Positions 19,377 to 27,104 of a DNA stretch of 64,000 nt are shown one piece after another. The translations under genes and the position numbers were made by a program. Source of the DNA: Escherichia phage 308Ecol101PP; sequence record OR062945.1; one strand, 5' to 3'. Within the stretch, counting starts at the first letter, position 1. The number at the start of each line of letters is the position of its first letter. Below the pieces are notes generated by a model. It was not told the DNA's origin. It worked only from the letters and a program-made list of their open reading frames with translations, and did not search any database.

Positions 19377-19397
19377 GGAGACTTCGGTCTCCTTTCG
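19377..19397 (+). terminator. UUCG-tetraloop hairpin terminator after gene 41
   Basis: GGAGAC-TTCG-GTCTCC followed by TTTCGGGGTTT. Confidence 0.55.
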
Positions 19398-19399
19398 GG

Positions 19400-19429
19400 G
19401 TTTACATCTTCCTCTAGGCATGATACGAT
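19400..19429 (+). promoter_or_regulatory. putative early promoter
   Basis: GTTTAC at 19400-19405, weak -10 TACGAT about 18 nt downstream. Confidence 0.35.
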
Positions 19430-19458
19430 GTACTTACACCAACCAAGAGGAAAACATT

Positions 19459-19833
19459 ATGAATATGTCTCAAGCAATTTTTACTGCAATCACCGAAAAC
19501 ACAACTGTTGAAGTAGTTTCTCCACTGGCAACCTACGTTATTCTTGCTCCTAAAACTATTGTATCTCGTATGGAAAACATGGGCAAACGTATCGTACAAA
19601 TTGTTGGAGCCGGAAATCAAAAACTTGATTATCTGCGAACCATCAAAGCTTATGAACATTTCCAACTCGAAAAAGGTTCTCCTATCCAGGTAGAACTCGT
19701 AAATGGTGATATCGTTCGAGCAATGTTCCATCATTTCTATGCATTGAATGACCCATCTAAAGCAGTTCGTTTAATTGCATACGACGCAAACCAAACCGAA
19801 ATCAACGCAGATGTATCTAAATTACGTTTTTAA
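19459..19833 (+). CDS. hypothetical protein (124 aa)
   Basis: ATG 19459 after AGAGGAAAA; ORF track begins at 19420. Confidence 0.5.
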   Translation: MNMSQAIFTAITENTTVEVVSPLATYVILAPKTIVSRMENMGKRIVQIVGAGNQKLDYLRTIKAYEHFQLEKGSPIQVELVNGDIVRAMFHHFYALNDPSKAVRLIAYDANQTEINADVSKLRF

Positions 19834-19843
19834 GTTTACTTCT

Positions 19844-19872
19844 CCAGTAGTTGTGTTATTATAGACCTATCA
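19844..19872 (+). promoter_or_regulatory. early promoter (GTTTAC -35, 17-nt spacer, TATTAT -10, AGACCTATC downstream)
   Basis: Consensus elements present; embedded in a 13-bp inverted repeat. Confidence 0.6.
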
Positions 19873-19888
19873 ACTACTGGAGAACAAA

Positions 19889-20206
19889 ATGAAAACCATC
19901 GATTGTAAAGCAGAATTTAAGATTTTTTATCACGGTTCAAGTAGTTCAGCTAACATCGAAAACATGCTTTGTCCTCCTGAGGAAACAGGAGTTCTGTCTG
20001 AAACCGGACGTAAGAAAAACTTGGATCGTGTATTCTTTACTGAAGATATCGGTTTAGCAAAGATTTATGCAGGACGAGCAGCACGCTCTTATGGAGGTGA
20101 ACCACGTCTCTATCGAGTAATTTCTCCGGTAGACGTAGTTCAAATGAATGATACTAAAGGTGCTACAGTTTATCACGCTGAATGGGCATTTTGTGAGGAA
20201 ATATGA
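19889..20206 (+). CDS. hypothetical protein (105 aa) with H-G-S ... Y ... E residues
   Basis: ORF with SD GGAGAACAAA; FYHGSS, IYAGRA, YHAEW blocks. Confidence 0.5.
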   Translation: MKTIDCKAEFKIFYHGSSSSANIENMLCPPEETGVLSETGRKKNLDRVFFTEDIGLAKIYAGRAARSYGGEPRLYRVISPVDVVQMNDTKGATVYHAEWAFCEEI

Positions 20207-20394
20207 GCAAATTAACTAAAGTTACTTTTATAGGTTGGTTTAAAAGCGGTGAGATGTTCACTAAAGATATCATGTTATCAGGTGATCGCGAAGAAATCGA
20301 GTGGGTTACGGTACAACTTGCTGAAGTGAACAACGCATTAGTTAAAGCATTTGTTAATGACGAGAAAGTTTTTGAAGCTGATTTCAGAGGATAA
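20203..20394 (+). CDS. hypothetical protein (63 aa)
   Basis: ATGA-coupled start. Confidence 0.45.
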   Translation: MSKLTKVTFIGWFKSGEMFTKDIMLSGDREEIEWVTVQLAEVNNALVKAFVNDEKVFEADFRG

Positions 20395-20395
20395 T

Positions 20396-20608
20396 ATGTA
20401 TTCAACTGTGTTTAAACCATCAACATACGAATTTGCATCAACTACACAATGGAAAGCTCTTATTCTGGAAGGATGGGAACTAATGATGGACTGTGAAGCA
20501 TCTGAAAAGTTTCCGCACGGCAAAGTGGACTTCGTTAAATTTGCTGTACGTCCGACTAAACGACAGATTCGTCAAGAAAAACGCAAATTTCGCAAAAGTT
20601 TAAAATAA
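20396..20608 (+). CDS. hypothetical protein (70 aa)
   Basis: ATG 20396 after CAGAGGATAA; ORF track starts at 20351. Confidence 0.45.
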   Translation: MYSTVFKPSTYEFASTTQWKALILEGWELMMDCEASEKFPHGKVDFVKFAVRPTKRQIRQEKRKFRKSLK

Positions 20609-20610
20609 CT

Positions 20611-20640
20611 GTTTACAAGCACCACATACTGTGTTACTAT
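20611..20640 (+). promoter_or_regulatory. early promoter
   Basis: GTTTAC, 18-nt spacer, TACTAT. Confidence 0.5.
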
Positions 20641-20668
20641 CTTTTTATCAACTACAGAGGAAATTAAA

Positions 20669-21037
20669 ATGAAAAAATTAATCGCTTTAGCAATGGTATT
20701 TGGATTAACCGGATGTGGTGCCCATGGCTTTATCCCTAATAACGTTGGCCAATTGATTTACAATCCGAATGTTAAACAATATGAACAACCTAAAGTTGAA
20801 GTGGAAGACCCGGTTACTGTAGGTAATCGAATGATTCAAGCTGATGCCCATGCTCAACGTTATCGTGACTCTGATACTGTAGCTGTGTCAAAGGAACAGC
20901 GCGTTAAAGAACATTGCTTACAGGCTACTGAAATCGCATTCATTCGCTATGTTGAAACAACCGGTAAAGAGCCTACCCAGAAACAAATCGCGAATAACTA
21001 CGTCCAGTGTATTGAACGTTTAAACAAATTTAATTAA
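20669..21037 (+). CDS. putative lipoprotein (122 aa)
   Basis: Signal peptide MKKLIALAMVFGLTGC with lipobox L-T-G-C; SD GAGGAAA. Confidence 0.6.
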   Translation: MKKLIALAMVFGLTGCGAHGFIPNNVGQLIYNPNVKQYEQPKVEVEDPVTVGNRMIQADAHAQRYRDSDTVAVSKEQRVKEHCLQATEIAFIRYVETTGKEPTQKQIANNYVQCIERLNKFN

Positions 21038-21040
21038 TTG

Positions 21041-21073
21041 GTTTACGCCAAAGTTAAAACAAGATGCTATAAA
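21041..21073 (+). promoter_or_regulatory. putative early promoter
   Basis: GTTTAC with TATAAA about 21 nt downstream (spacing atypical). Confidence 0.3.
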
Positions 21074-21098
21074 CATAACAAATCAAGAGGAAATTAAC

Positions 21099-21347
21099 AT
21101 GGAATTATTCGTGGCTAGTTCAGTAGCAGTTTTAATCGCAGGTATTGGTTCAATCATCATTTACATGTTGCCTTGGGTAATCGCACTTATTCGTGGCACA
21201 AAAAGCACAACAGCAATCTTCTTTGTATCTTTACTCTTTAACTGGACGATGATTGGTTGGATTGGAACTTTAATTTGGTCTATTGTTGCCGAAAAGAAAT
21301 CTGCTCAGCAGCCTCAACAAGTAATTATTATTCGCGAAAAAGAATAA
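21099..21347 (+). CDS. small integral membrane protein (82 aa, 2-3 predicted TM helices)
   Basis: Hydrophobic stretches VAVLIAGIGSIIIYMLPWVIALI and FFVSLLFNWTMIGWIGTLIWSIVA; SD AGAGGAAA. Confidence 0.55.
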   Translation: MELFVASSVAVLIAGIGSIIIYMLPWVIALIRGTKSTTAIFFVSLLFNWTMIGWIGTLIWSIVAEKKSAQQPQQVIIIREKE

Positions 21348-21352
21348 ACTTG

Positions 21353-21382
21353 TTTACATTATAGATGGACTATAGTATAGTA
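21353..21382 (+). promoter_or_regulatory. early promoter
   Basis: GTTTAC, 18-nt spacer, TATAGT, AGTCCTATC downstream. Confidence 0.55.
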
Positions 21383-21410
21383 GTCCTATCAAATCAACTA
21401 AGGAGTTAAA

Positions 21411-21704
21411 ATGAAAAAGTTATCATTGGCAGCAATCTTACTCGCAGTATCATGTGCACCAGCTCCAGTTACGGCAGGTTATGATAAAGACCTCTGTGAG
21501 TGGTCAATGACTGCAAATCAAGAAGATGTTGAACAACAAATCTTCTCTGATATCATGAACATCACTAAACGAGACCGTCCTAATATGGTTAATAAAGTTG
21601 TTGAACAACTTAAGTCCGGTGGTATCATGCAGTACAATTATGTTTTGTATTGTGACCCTAATTTCGATAACAAAGATATCGTAACCGAAATCACAGGTGA
21701 ATAA
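21411..21704 (+). CDS. putative lipoprotein (97 aa)
   Basis: Signal peptide MKKLSLAAILLAVSC with lipobox; SD AAGGAG. Confidence 0.6.
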   Translation: MKKLSLAAILLAVSCAPAPVTAGYDKDLCEWSMTANQEDVEQQIFSDIMNITKRDRPNMVNKVVEQLKSGGIMQYNYVLYCDPNFDNKDIVTEITGE

Positions 21705-21705
21705 T

Positions 21706-22356
21706 ATGATTTATTACATGCACAAAAACGCGCCATTTAAATATGGTAAATTTCCTAATGCACAATGTTATAATATAACGCCGAATGAAAATAATAACGG
21801 TTATCATATTGGTGTAATTTTTGTAATTGTTAAAGATAACGAAATCGTTGCCTGGGCTGATTTTAAAGGTACAACGTATGATGTTAATCCGGTGCCTTTC
21901 ACATATTACAATATAATGGATTTGGCATATGATTATAATTGGTTTAATCATGACGCGTTGGCTCATATTGAAGGTGTAGGATTTGACATCTCTTATTCTA
22001 GCTATTCATTATGTCCTATGAGCCGAGCTCACGGTAAAGATGCATCATATCTTTCATTTCGGAAACGTGTAAACTTCAAACGTAGTACAGAGTATGTCGG
22101 TGGACTCTTTGTTAAAGATAATAAAATAACCCGTATTAGTTATCCTTTAAGTGTAGGTCAAAAAGATGTTGATGTTGATTTAGACTTAACTGAAAATAAC
22201 ATTAATCATATTGCTTCTGTATATTTTGATATCGATGAAAAAATTGTAGTGTGTGGATACGAATTACCACCTGAAGAAAAGGCTGAAGCAATTGAAGTCG
22301 AATTAGAAATTTCTGTTGATGACCAAATATTTAATGCATTTATGAATCGAGGTTAA
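21706..22356 (+). CDS. hypothetical protein (216 aa), AT-rich
   Basis: ATG 21706 after CAGGTGA; ORF track begins at GTG 21697. Confidence 0.5.
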   Translation: MIYYMHKNAPFKYGKFPNAQCYNITPNENNNGYHIGVIFVIVKDNEIVAWADFKGTTYDVNPVPFTYYNIMDLAYDYNWFNHDALAHIEGVGFDISYSSYSLCPMSRAHGKDASYLSFRKRVNFKRSTEYVGGLFVKDNKITRISYPLSVGQKDVDVDLDLTENNINHIASVYFDIDEKIVVCGYELPPEEKAEAIEVELEISVDDQIFNAFMNRG

Positions 22357-22357
22357 A

Positions 22358-22555
22358 ATGACTACTGCAATTTGCACTGGTTCTAAAATTAGTGTTTTTA
22401 CAAGTTTTGAAGATTATGAAGTTGTTTCAAAACACCAATACCATATTAGCGTAAAAGCTAATGATGGTGTAATTTGGAATATTCCACAGTATGAAGGCAC
22501 TACATATGAAGTCACAGATATAAATGGTGACAAAGCAATCTTTGTAATTGATTAA
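22358..22555 (+). CDS. hypothetical protein (65 aa)
   Basis: ATG after CGAGGTTAAA. Confidence 0.45.
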   Translation: MTTAICTGSKISVFTSFEDYEVVSKHQYHISVKANDGVIWNIPQYEGTTYEVTDINGDKAIFVID

Positions 22556-22574
22556 ATATACTCAGGAGGTACCT

Positions 22575-23042
22575 ATGGGTATTATTAACACTGCAATAGA
22601 TTCTGTTTACGCATATAAGTTTATTCGACTAATGCAAAAACCTTTTACCGAATGGAAAGCATACGAAGCCAAAATCATCGATGAACGTGGAAGTGTTCTT
22701 AAACGTCCTTCTACTCCCGAAGAGAAAGCGGCGTATACACCTTTTCATGCTTCAGTTCGTTCAATGAAGCGAATGATGAGCACTGTTCCAGGTCTTAATG
22801 GAATGGCCTCAATGATGTCTGCCTGGAGTGCTGTAGCTTCACGCTATAACATTACGGAAGAACAGCAGAAAGAAATATTTAAAGAACTCCCTTTATTTGA
22901 GGATATGGTTGCTGGTGATTCAGGTGGCAGCCCTCAAGCTATTGCATCAGGAACAACTACAGGTGCAGTCGTAAATAAAGGTCCAGAACAAATTCCTTCC
23001 AAGAAAAGAAAGCGAATTAAAGTAAATATTAATAAGTTGTGA
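22575..23042 (+). CDS. hypothetical protein (155 aa) with basic C-terminal tail
   Basis: ATG 22575 after strong SD CAGGAGGT; ORF track begins at 22548. Confidence 0.5.
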   Translation: MGIINTAIDSVYAYKFIRLMQKPFTEWKAYEAKIIDERGSVLKRPSTPEEKAAYTPFHASVRSMKRMMSTVPGLNGMASMMSAWSAVASRYNITEEQQKEIFKELPLFEDMVAGDSGGSPQAIASGTTTGAVVNKGPEQIPSKKRKRIKVNINKL

Positions 23043-23081
23043 TATGATGGCCTTATTAATTTAAGGCCTCTGGAGAATACT

Positions 23082-24104
23082 ATGGCTGAATGGATAGATA
23101 ATGAATTTGCTTATCGTGCGTTTTCTCACCTACCTCGTTTTAGACAAATCAATAATTCAAGCACATTTAAATTAACATTTCGTTGTCCAGTTTGTGGCGA
23201 CTCCCAGACAGATGCAATGAAAGCTCGTGGATGGTATTATGGCGGTACTCCTGGTAATGTACATTGCTATAATTGTCAATACCACAATACAATTTCCGGA
23301 TACTTAAAAGAATATGACGAAGAGCTTTATCGCGAATATCTAATGGAAGTTCGTAAAGAAAAAGCTAGAATGGAACCAAAGATTGAAAAGGTTCCTGAAG
23401 CTAAGCCGGAGCCAGAGAAAAAGACTATAAATTCTTTACCGTCTTGTTCTCGTCTGGACAAGCTGCCTGAAGAGCATCCTATTGTGAAATATGTTAAGTC
23501 TCGATGCATTCCTAAAGAATCATGGAACAGATTATGGTTCACATTAGAATGGCCTAAATTGGTCAACAAGATTCAACCTGGTACGTATAAGAAAGAGATT
23601 CCCGAACCACGTTTAGTGATTCCTATTTTTAATAAAGATGGGAAGGCCGAGTCATTCCAAGGGCGTGCACTTCGTAAAGATGCTCCTCAGAAATATATCA
23701 CTATTAAAGCGTTTGAGTCTGCAACAAAAATTTATGGTGTTGAACGTGTTAAGGAAGGAGACGTCTGGGTAATGGAAGGCCCTATTGATAGTTTATTCAT
23801 ACCCAATGCAATCGCTATTACAGGCGGCTCAATAGATTTAGATGTGGTACCATTTAAAGAACGTCGGGTATGGGTAATGGATAATGAACCTAGGCATCCG
23901 GATACTATAGCTCGCATGAAGCGATTAGTTGATGCAGGCGAACGTGTCATGTTCTGGGACCGAGCTCCATGGAGATCAAAGGATGTGAATGATATGGTAA
24001 TGAAAGAAAATGCAACACCACAAGAAATTTTAGAATATATGAAACAGAATATTTCAAGTGGGTTGCATGCTAAAATGAGATTATCTCGTTATTCGAAGAT
24101 TTAA
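23082..24104 (+). CDS. 61: gp61 DNA primase
   Basis: 340 aa; N-terminal zinc ribbon CPVCGD...CYNC, TOPRIM-type central region; T4 gene order and size. Confidence 0.85.
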   Translation: MAEWIDNEFAYRAFSHLPRFRQINNSSTFKLTFRCPVCGDSQTDAMKARGWYYGGTPGNVHCYNCQYHNTISGYLKEYDEELYREYLMEVRKEKARMEPKIEKVPEAKPEPEKKTINSLPSCSRLDKLPEEHPIVKYVKSRCIPKESWNRLWFTLEWPKLVNKIQPGTYKKEIPEPRLVIPIFNKDGKAESFQGRALRKDAPQKYITIKAFESATKIYGVERVKEGDVWVMEGPIDSLFIPNAIAITGGSIDLDVVPFKERRVWVMDNEPRHPDTIARMKRLVDAGERVMFWDRAPWRSKDVNDMVMKENATPQEILEYMKQNISSGLHAKMRLSRYSKI

Positions 24105-24298
24105 ACAAGCCCTATAATAGCAAAGGCCAAATCAACTACAGTATCCAATGGAACAGAAGGAACTATAATACCATTAGCAACTAACAATGGTGCAATCCCG
24201 AAGTTCCATGAAATAATGCCACCTACAACTATTGCGGCGATAGCAGTTTTCTTTTTATTGCCTTTAATAGCGTTTATTAACGATGGAAGTTTAAACAT
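24101..24298 (-). CDS. small membrane protein (65 aa) encoded antisense to the early gene direction
   Basis: Minus-strand ATG preceded by AAGGAG at 6-nt spacing; highly hydrophobic (AIAAIVVGGIISWNFGIAPLLVANGIIVP). Confidence 0.5.
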   Translation of the reverse strand: MFKLPSLINAIKGNKKKTAIAAIVVGGIISWNFGIAPLLVANGIIVPSVPLDTVVDLAFAIIGLV

Positions 24299-24386
24299 AA
24301 TATCTCCTTAGTTACCTATTATTTATTACGCTTTATAAAATTAATGTTAGAATTAACTCTCTTATACTGAATTGAAAGGAAAAATA

Positions 24387-24908
24387 ATGGCACACTTTAA
24401 CGAATGTTCACAACTTATTTCTGGTGTTGATAAAGCAGAAGAAGCTTATTTTAATGCTCTGATTCACGAAGATAAAGACCCACTTCAGGTAATGCTTGAT
24501 ATGCAGAAATCTTTACAGGTTCGTTTGGCAAATGACAAGCCTGAACATAACAAACATCCTGATGAATTGGCCACTGCAGGCGACGTTGTTGATTGGCTGC
24601 GTAATCAGAAAGATTATATTGATGATGAATTCCGTGAACTGCTGACTTCACTTGGTGGTATGAGCAATGGTGAAAAAGCCGCCAGCAGTGTATGGAAGCC
24701 GTGGAAAGCACAACATGCTGAATATCGTAATCGTCGTATCGATGAACTGTCTCCTGAAGACCAGCTTGAAATTAAATTTGAGATGATTGATATTCTGCAC
24801 TTCGTTCTGAACATGTTCCAAGGTCTGGGTCTTTCTGCTGAAGAAATCTTTAAACTGTATTATCTGAAGAATGCTGAAAACTTTGCTCGTCAAGACCGAG
24901 GTTATTAA
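24387..24908 (+). CDS. 56: gp56 dCTPase/dCTP pyrophosphatase (MazG-like)
   Basis: 173 aa from ATG 24387 (ORF track starts earlier at 24372); MAHFNEC..., DEFRELLTSLG, IDILHFVLNMF, C-terminal KNAENFARQDRGY match T4 gp56 as recalled. Confidence 0.85.
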   Translation: MAHFNECSQLISGVDKAEEAYFNALIHEDKDPLQVMLDMQKSLQVRLANDKPEHNKHPDELATAGDVVDWLRNQKDYIDDEFRELLTSLGGMSNGEKAASSVWKPWKAQHAEYRNRRIDELSPEDQLEIKFEMIDILHFVLNMFQGLGLSAEEIFKLYYLKNAENFARQDRGY

Positions 24909-25081
24909 TGGCTCGTTTAAATAAACGTCAGCTTAAGAAAGCTCATAAGAAACGTATTGACCAACTATTTAAAAATGATAACAGTGAGCTTATTTGTAAG
25001 CTCCTGTCTAATCAGCTTCAGCATGTTAGTCAATTATCAGACCATCTACATATGGTTGATTGGGTTGCAAATGAAACTTGA
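24908..25081 (+). CDS. small hypothetical protein (57 aa)
   Basis: TAATG-coupled to gene 56 stop; below ORF-track cutoff. Confidence 0.3.
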   Translation: MARLNKRQLKKAHKKRIDQLFKNDNSELICKLLSNQLQHVSQLSDHLHMVDWVANET

Positions 25082-25295
25082 TTTTTATGCATGGCAAAAA
25101 GCCGGGAGACCGGCTAATAAAGCATTCGGCTCTGATGGATATAATACTAGACTCCACTGGAAATTTAATACTCCAGATGATTATTCTCCGGTAATAATTA
25201 ACGGTGATGTTGTTATATTAGCTAAATTCGGATATTTTATTGTCCCGAAGAAATTCATTATAAATACACCTGTAATTAAACAACAAAGGAGTTAA
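25071..25295 (+). CDS. small hypothetical protein (74 aa)
   Basis: ATG 25071; ORF track alternative begins at 24957; weak SD. Confidence 0.3.
   Translation: MKLDFYAWQKAGRPANKAFGSDGYNTRLHWKFNTPDDYSPVIINGDVVILAKFGYFIVPKKFIINTPVIKQQRS
25259..25266 (+). promoter_or_regulatory. late promoter TATAAATA upstream of soc
   Basis: Exact TATAAATA 32 nt upstream of the soc ATG. Confidence 0.6.
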
Positions 25296-25297
25296 TT

Positions 25298-25534
25298 ATG
25301 GGTGGTTATGTAAACATCAAAACCTTTACGCATCCTGCTGGTGAAGGTAAAGAAGTTAAAGGTATGGAAGTTTCTGTGCCGTTTGAGATTTATTCAAACG
25401 AACATCGGATTGCAGATTCTCATTACCAAATCTTTCCATCAGAAAAGGCAGCTTATTCTACTGTAGTTTCTGATGCAGCTGACTGGAAAACTAAGAACGC
25501 TGCAATGTTTACCCCTACACCAGTAAGTGGTTAA
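25298..25534 (+). CDS. soc: Soc small outer capsid protein
   Basis: 78 aa; YVNIKTF..., AHYQ/SHYQ, FPSEKAAYSTV match T4 Soc as recalled; late promoter upstream, terminator downstream. Confidence 0.8.
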   Translation: MGGYVNIKTFTHPAGEGKEVKGMEVSVPFEIYSNEHRIADSHYQIFPSEKAAYSTVVSDAADWKTKNAAMFTPTPVSG

Positions 25535-25543
25535 ATAATTTAA

Positions 25544-25570
25544 GGAATCCTTCGGGGTTCCTTTTTTTTT
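25544..25570 (+). terminator. intrinsic terminator, UUCG hairpin plus T9
   Basis: GGAATCC-TTCG-GGGTTCC followed by TTTTTTTTT. Confidence 0.8.
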
Positions 25571-25579
25571 GTTTCTACA

Positions 25580-25609
25580 GTTTACAAACACTAAAAACTG
25601 TGTTAAGAT
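25580..25609 (+). promoter_or_regulatory. putative early promoter
   Basis: GTTTAC with TAAGAT about 18 nt downstream. Confidence 0.4.
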
Positions 25610-25637
25610 ATTCTTACTTACTCAAGAGGAGAATAAT

Positions 25638-25865
25638 ATGTTAAATCGTTGGATTAAACCTAATAACACATTAGGTGCTTTGATTGCTCAAGAAGTTTCG
25701 TTGAAATACGGTCTTGGATATTACGATGATGTAGTCGTACACTCATTCATGATGGATGGTGAAGACGTCAAATTTAATGCCGAAATCCGTTGGGATGATG
25801 GTGGTGTTCGTTTTGTTCGAGGAACAATTAATGCTTACGATACTGAAGAAGTTGTTTGCTGTTAA
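25638..25865 (+). CDS. hypothetical protein (75 aa)
   Basis: ATG 25638 after CAAGAGGAGAA; ORF track begins at 25569. Confidence 0.45.
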   Translation: MLNRWIKPNNTLGALIAQEVSLKYGLGYYDDVVVHSFMMDGEDVKFNAEIRWDDGGVRFVRGTINAYDTEEVVCC

Positions 25866-25879
25866 ACCAGGCGAAGGTA

Positions 25880-26067
25880 TGATGCCTATTCCTGATACAC
25901 ACGAAAAAAGTTGGGAATACATTGGTGACGGCATGATGGAAGAAGTTATTCGTCCTAAGTCTGCTTCAAACTCTTCAAGTTATAATCATTCATACGTATC
26001 GTCTTGGCCCGGTGATTCTGGGTCAAGTTATTCTGATTGTGGTTCAAGCTCAGGGAGCTGCGAATGA
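25880..26067 (+). CDS. hypothetical protein (62 aa), Ser/Gly-rich C-terminus
   Basis: ATG 25880 after GAAGG; ORF track begins at 25756. Confidence 0.3.
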
Positions 26068-26243
26068 ACAAGATAGTTAAATGGTTTAAAAGCTGGGACG
26101 ATGGTGTCGGTCCAGAAGATTGGCTGGATGTTCTTGAAGAGAATATGGCTAAAGAATTCCAGAAACATGAAGAAAAGCTCGTCGAAGATGAAGGCGAACG
26201 TATTGTAAAACTTTATATGGGTGAACCATCGAGGAAATTATAA
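26064..26243 (+). CDS. hypothetical protein (59 aa)
   Basis: ATGA-coupled start; ORF track begins at 26037. Confidence 0.35.
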   Translation: MNKIVKWFKSWDDGVGPEDWLDVLEENMAKEFQKHEEKLVEDEGERIVKLYMGEPSRKL

Positions 26244-26707
26244 TGGATGCTATGCTATTTAAAATGTATTTGCTTGAAGCCAAGTCATTTAAACATATAC
26301 CAGTGGAAGATAAGACTCCACTAGAAATAGCTATTCTAATTAACAAAAGTCTAAATAATCCGCAATATATCGTAGAAGAATTCTGCAAATTGCAGATTCC
26401 TAAAGGTTACAAAATTCGTGTAGAGCGAGTTGGAGCTATTACTCGTTCTAAAAATTCTCCGTTTAGTCTTGAAGAAGGCATAAAGGACTTAGGTTATGAA
26501 TCTACGGAAAATGCCGTTTATGTGAATCCTGAAAAGCGTTTAGACCTGTTTGAAAAGCGAGACCATAAGTATTTTGCCAAAAAATACTTTATTACATCAT
26601 TAGCAGATTTAATCCATTTGCAACGAGCTATTTGGAAATTTTTTAAGACAAAAGGTGTAGCACTAGAAACATTCTCTGAACCGGCTAGTTTTTATCTAGG
26701 TGAATAA
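26243..26707 (+). CDS. hypothetical protein (154 aa)
   Basis: TAATG-coupled start. Confidence 0.5.
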   Translation: MDAMLFKMYLLEAKSFKHIPVEDKTPLEIAILINKSLNNPQYIVEEFCKLQIPKGYKIRVERVGAITRSKNSPFSLEEGIKDLGYESTENAVYVNPEKRLDLFEKRDHKYFAKKYFITSLADLIHLQRAIWKFFKTKGVALETFSEPASFYLGE

Positions 26708-26708
26708 T

Positions 26709-26888
26709 ATGGACCTTATGAGTATGTTTGACGAGCCTGAAGTTGAGGCTCCTAAAGTGCATCGTAGTGAACTTATTGATGAACTAGATAGTATTATACA
26801 ACGACACGGCTTTAGTTTACCTGTTGAAGCCCTGAAAGACCTTGCATCTTATTATGACGACCCTCCACCATGGAGTCCTTGGAAATGA
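26709..26888 (+). CDS. hypothetical protein (59 aa)
   Basis: ATG 26709 after TAGGTGA; ORF track begins at GTG 26700. Confidence 0.4.
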   Translation: MDLMSMFDEPEVEAPKVHRSELIDELDSIIQRHGFSLPVEALKDLASYYDDPPPWSPWK

Positions 26889-27049
26889 AAGAGAAATTGA
26901 AAGAGAAATTCTTACTAGAAATCAAGGAAAAAGACTTTGAGACATGGTATCGAATGGTGAAAGGGCTGACATTGCTTTTTAAAGCATCGTTATTCATGTT
27001 AGAACAACCTGGTCCTGATGGGCCTTTAGTAGGAAAGCTTAAAAAGTAG
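26885..27049 (+). CDS. small hypothetical protein (54 aa)
   Basis: ATGA-coupled; contains direct 12-nt repeat GAAAGAGAAATT x2 at start. Confidence 0.3.
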   Translation: MKEKLKEKFLLEIKEKDFETWYRMVKGLTLLFKASLFMLEQPGPDGPLVGKLKK

Positions 27050-27077
27050 TTTACATTCCCTCCTCTCGTGTTATGAT
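27049..27077 (+). promoter_or_regulatory. early promoter
   Basis: GTTTAC, 17-nt spacer, TATGAT, AGGCTTATC. Confidence 0.5.
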
Positions 27078-27104
27078 AGGCTTATCTTTAAATGGAGGTC
27101 TATC

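Noticed and set aside
26887-26910. Direct 12-nt repeat GAAAGAGAAATT x2
   Set aside because: Only two copies inside a low-confidence ORF; too short to treat as a repeat feature.
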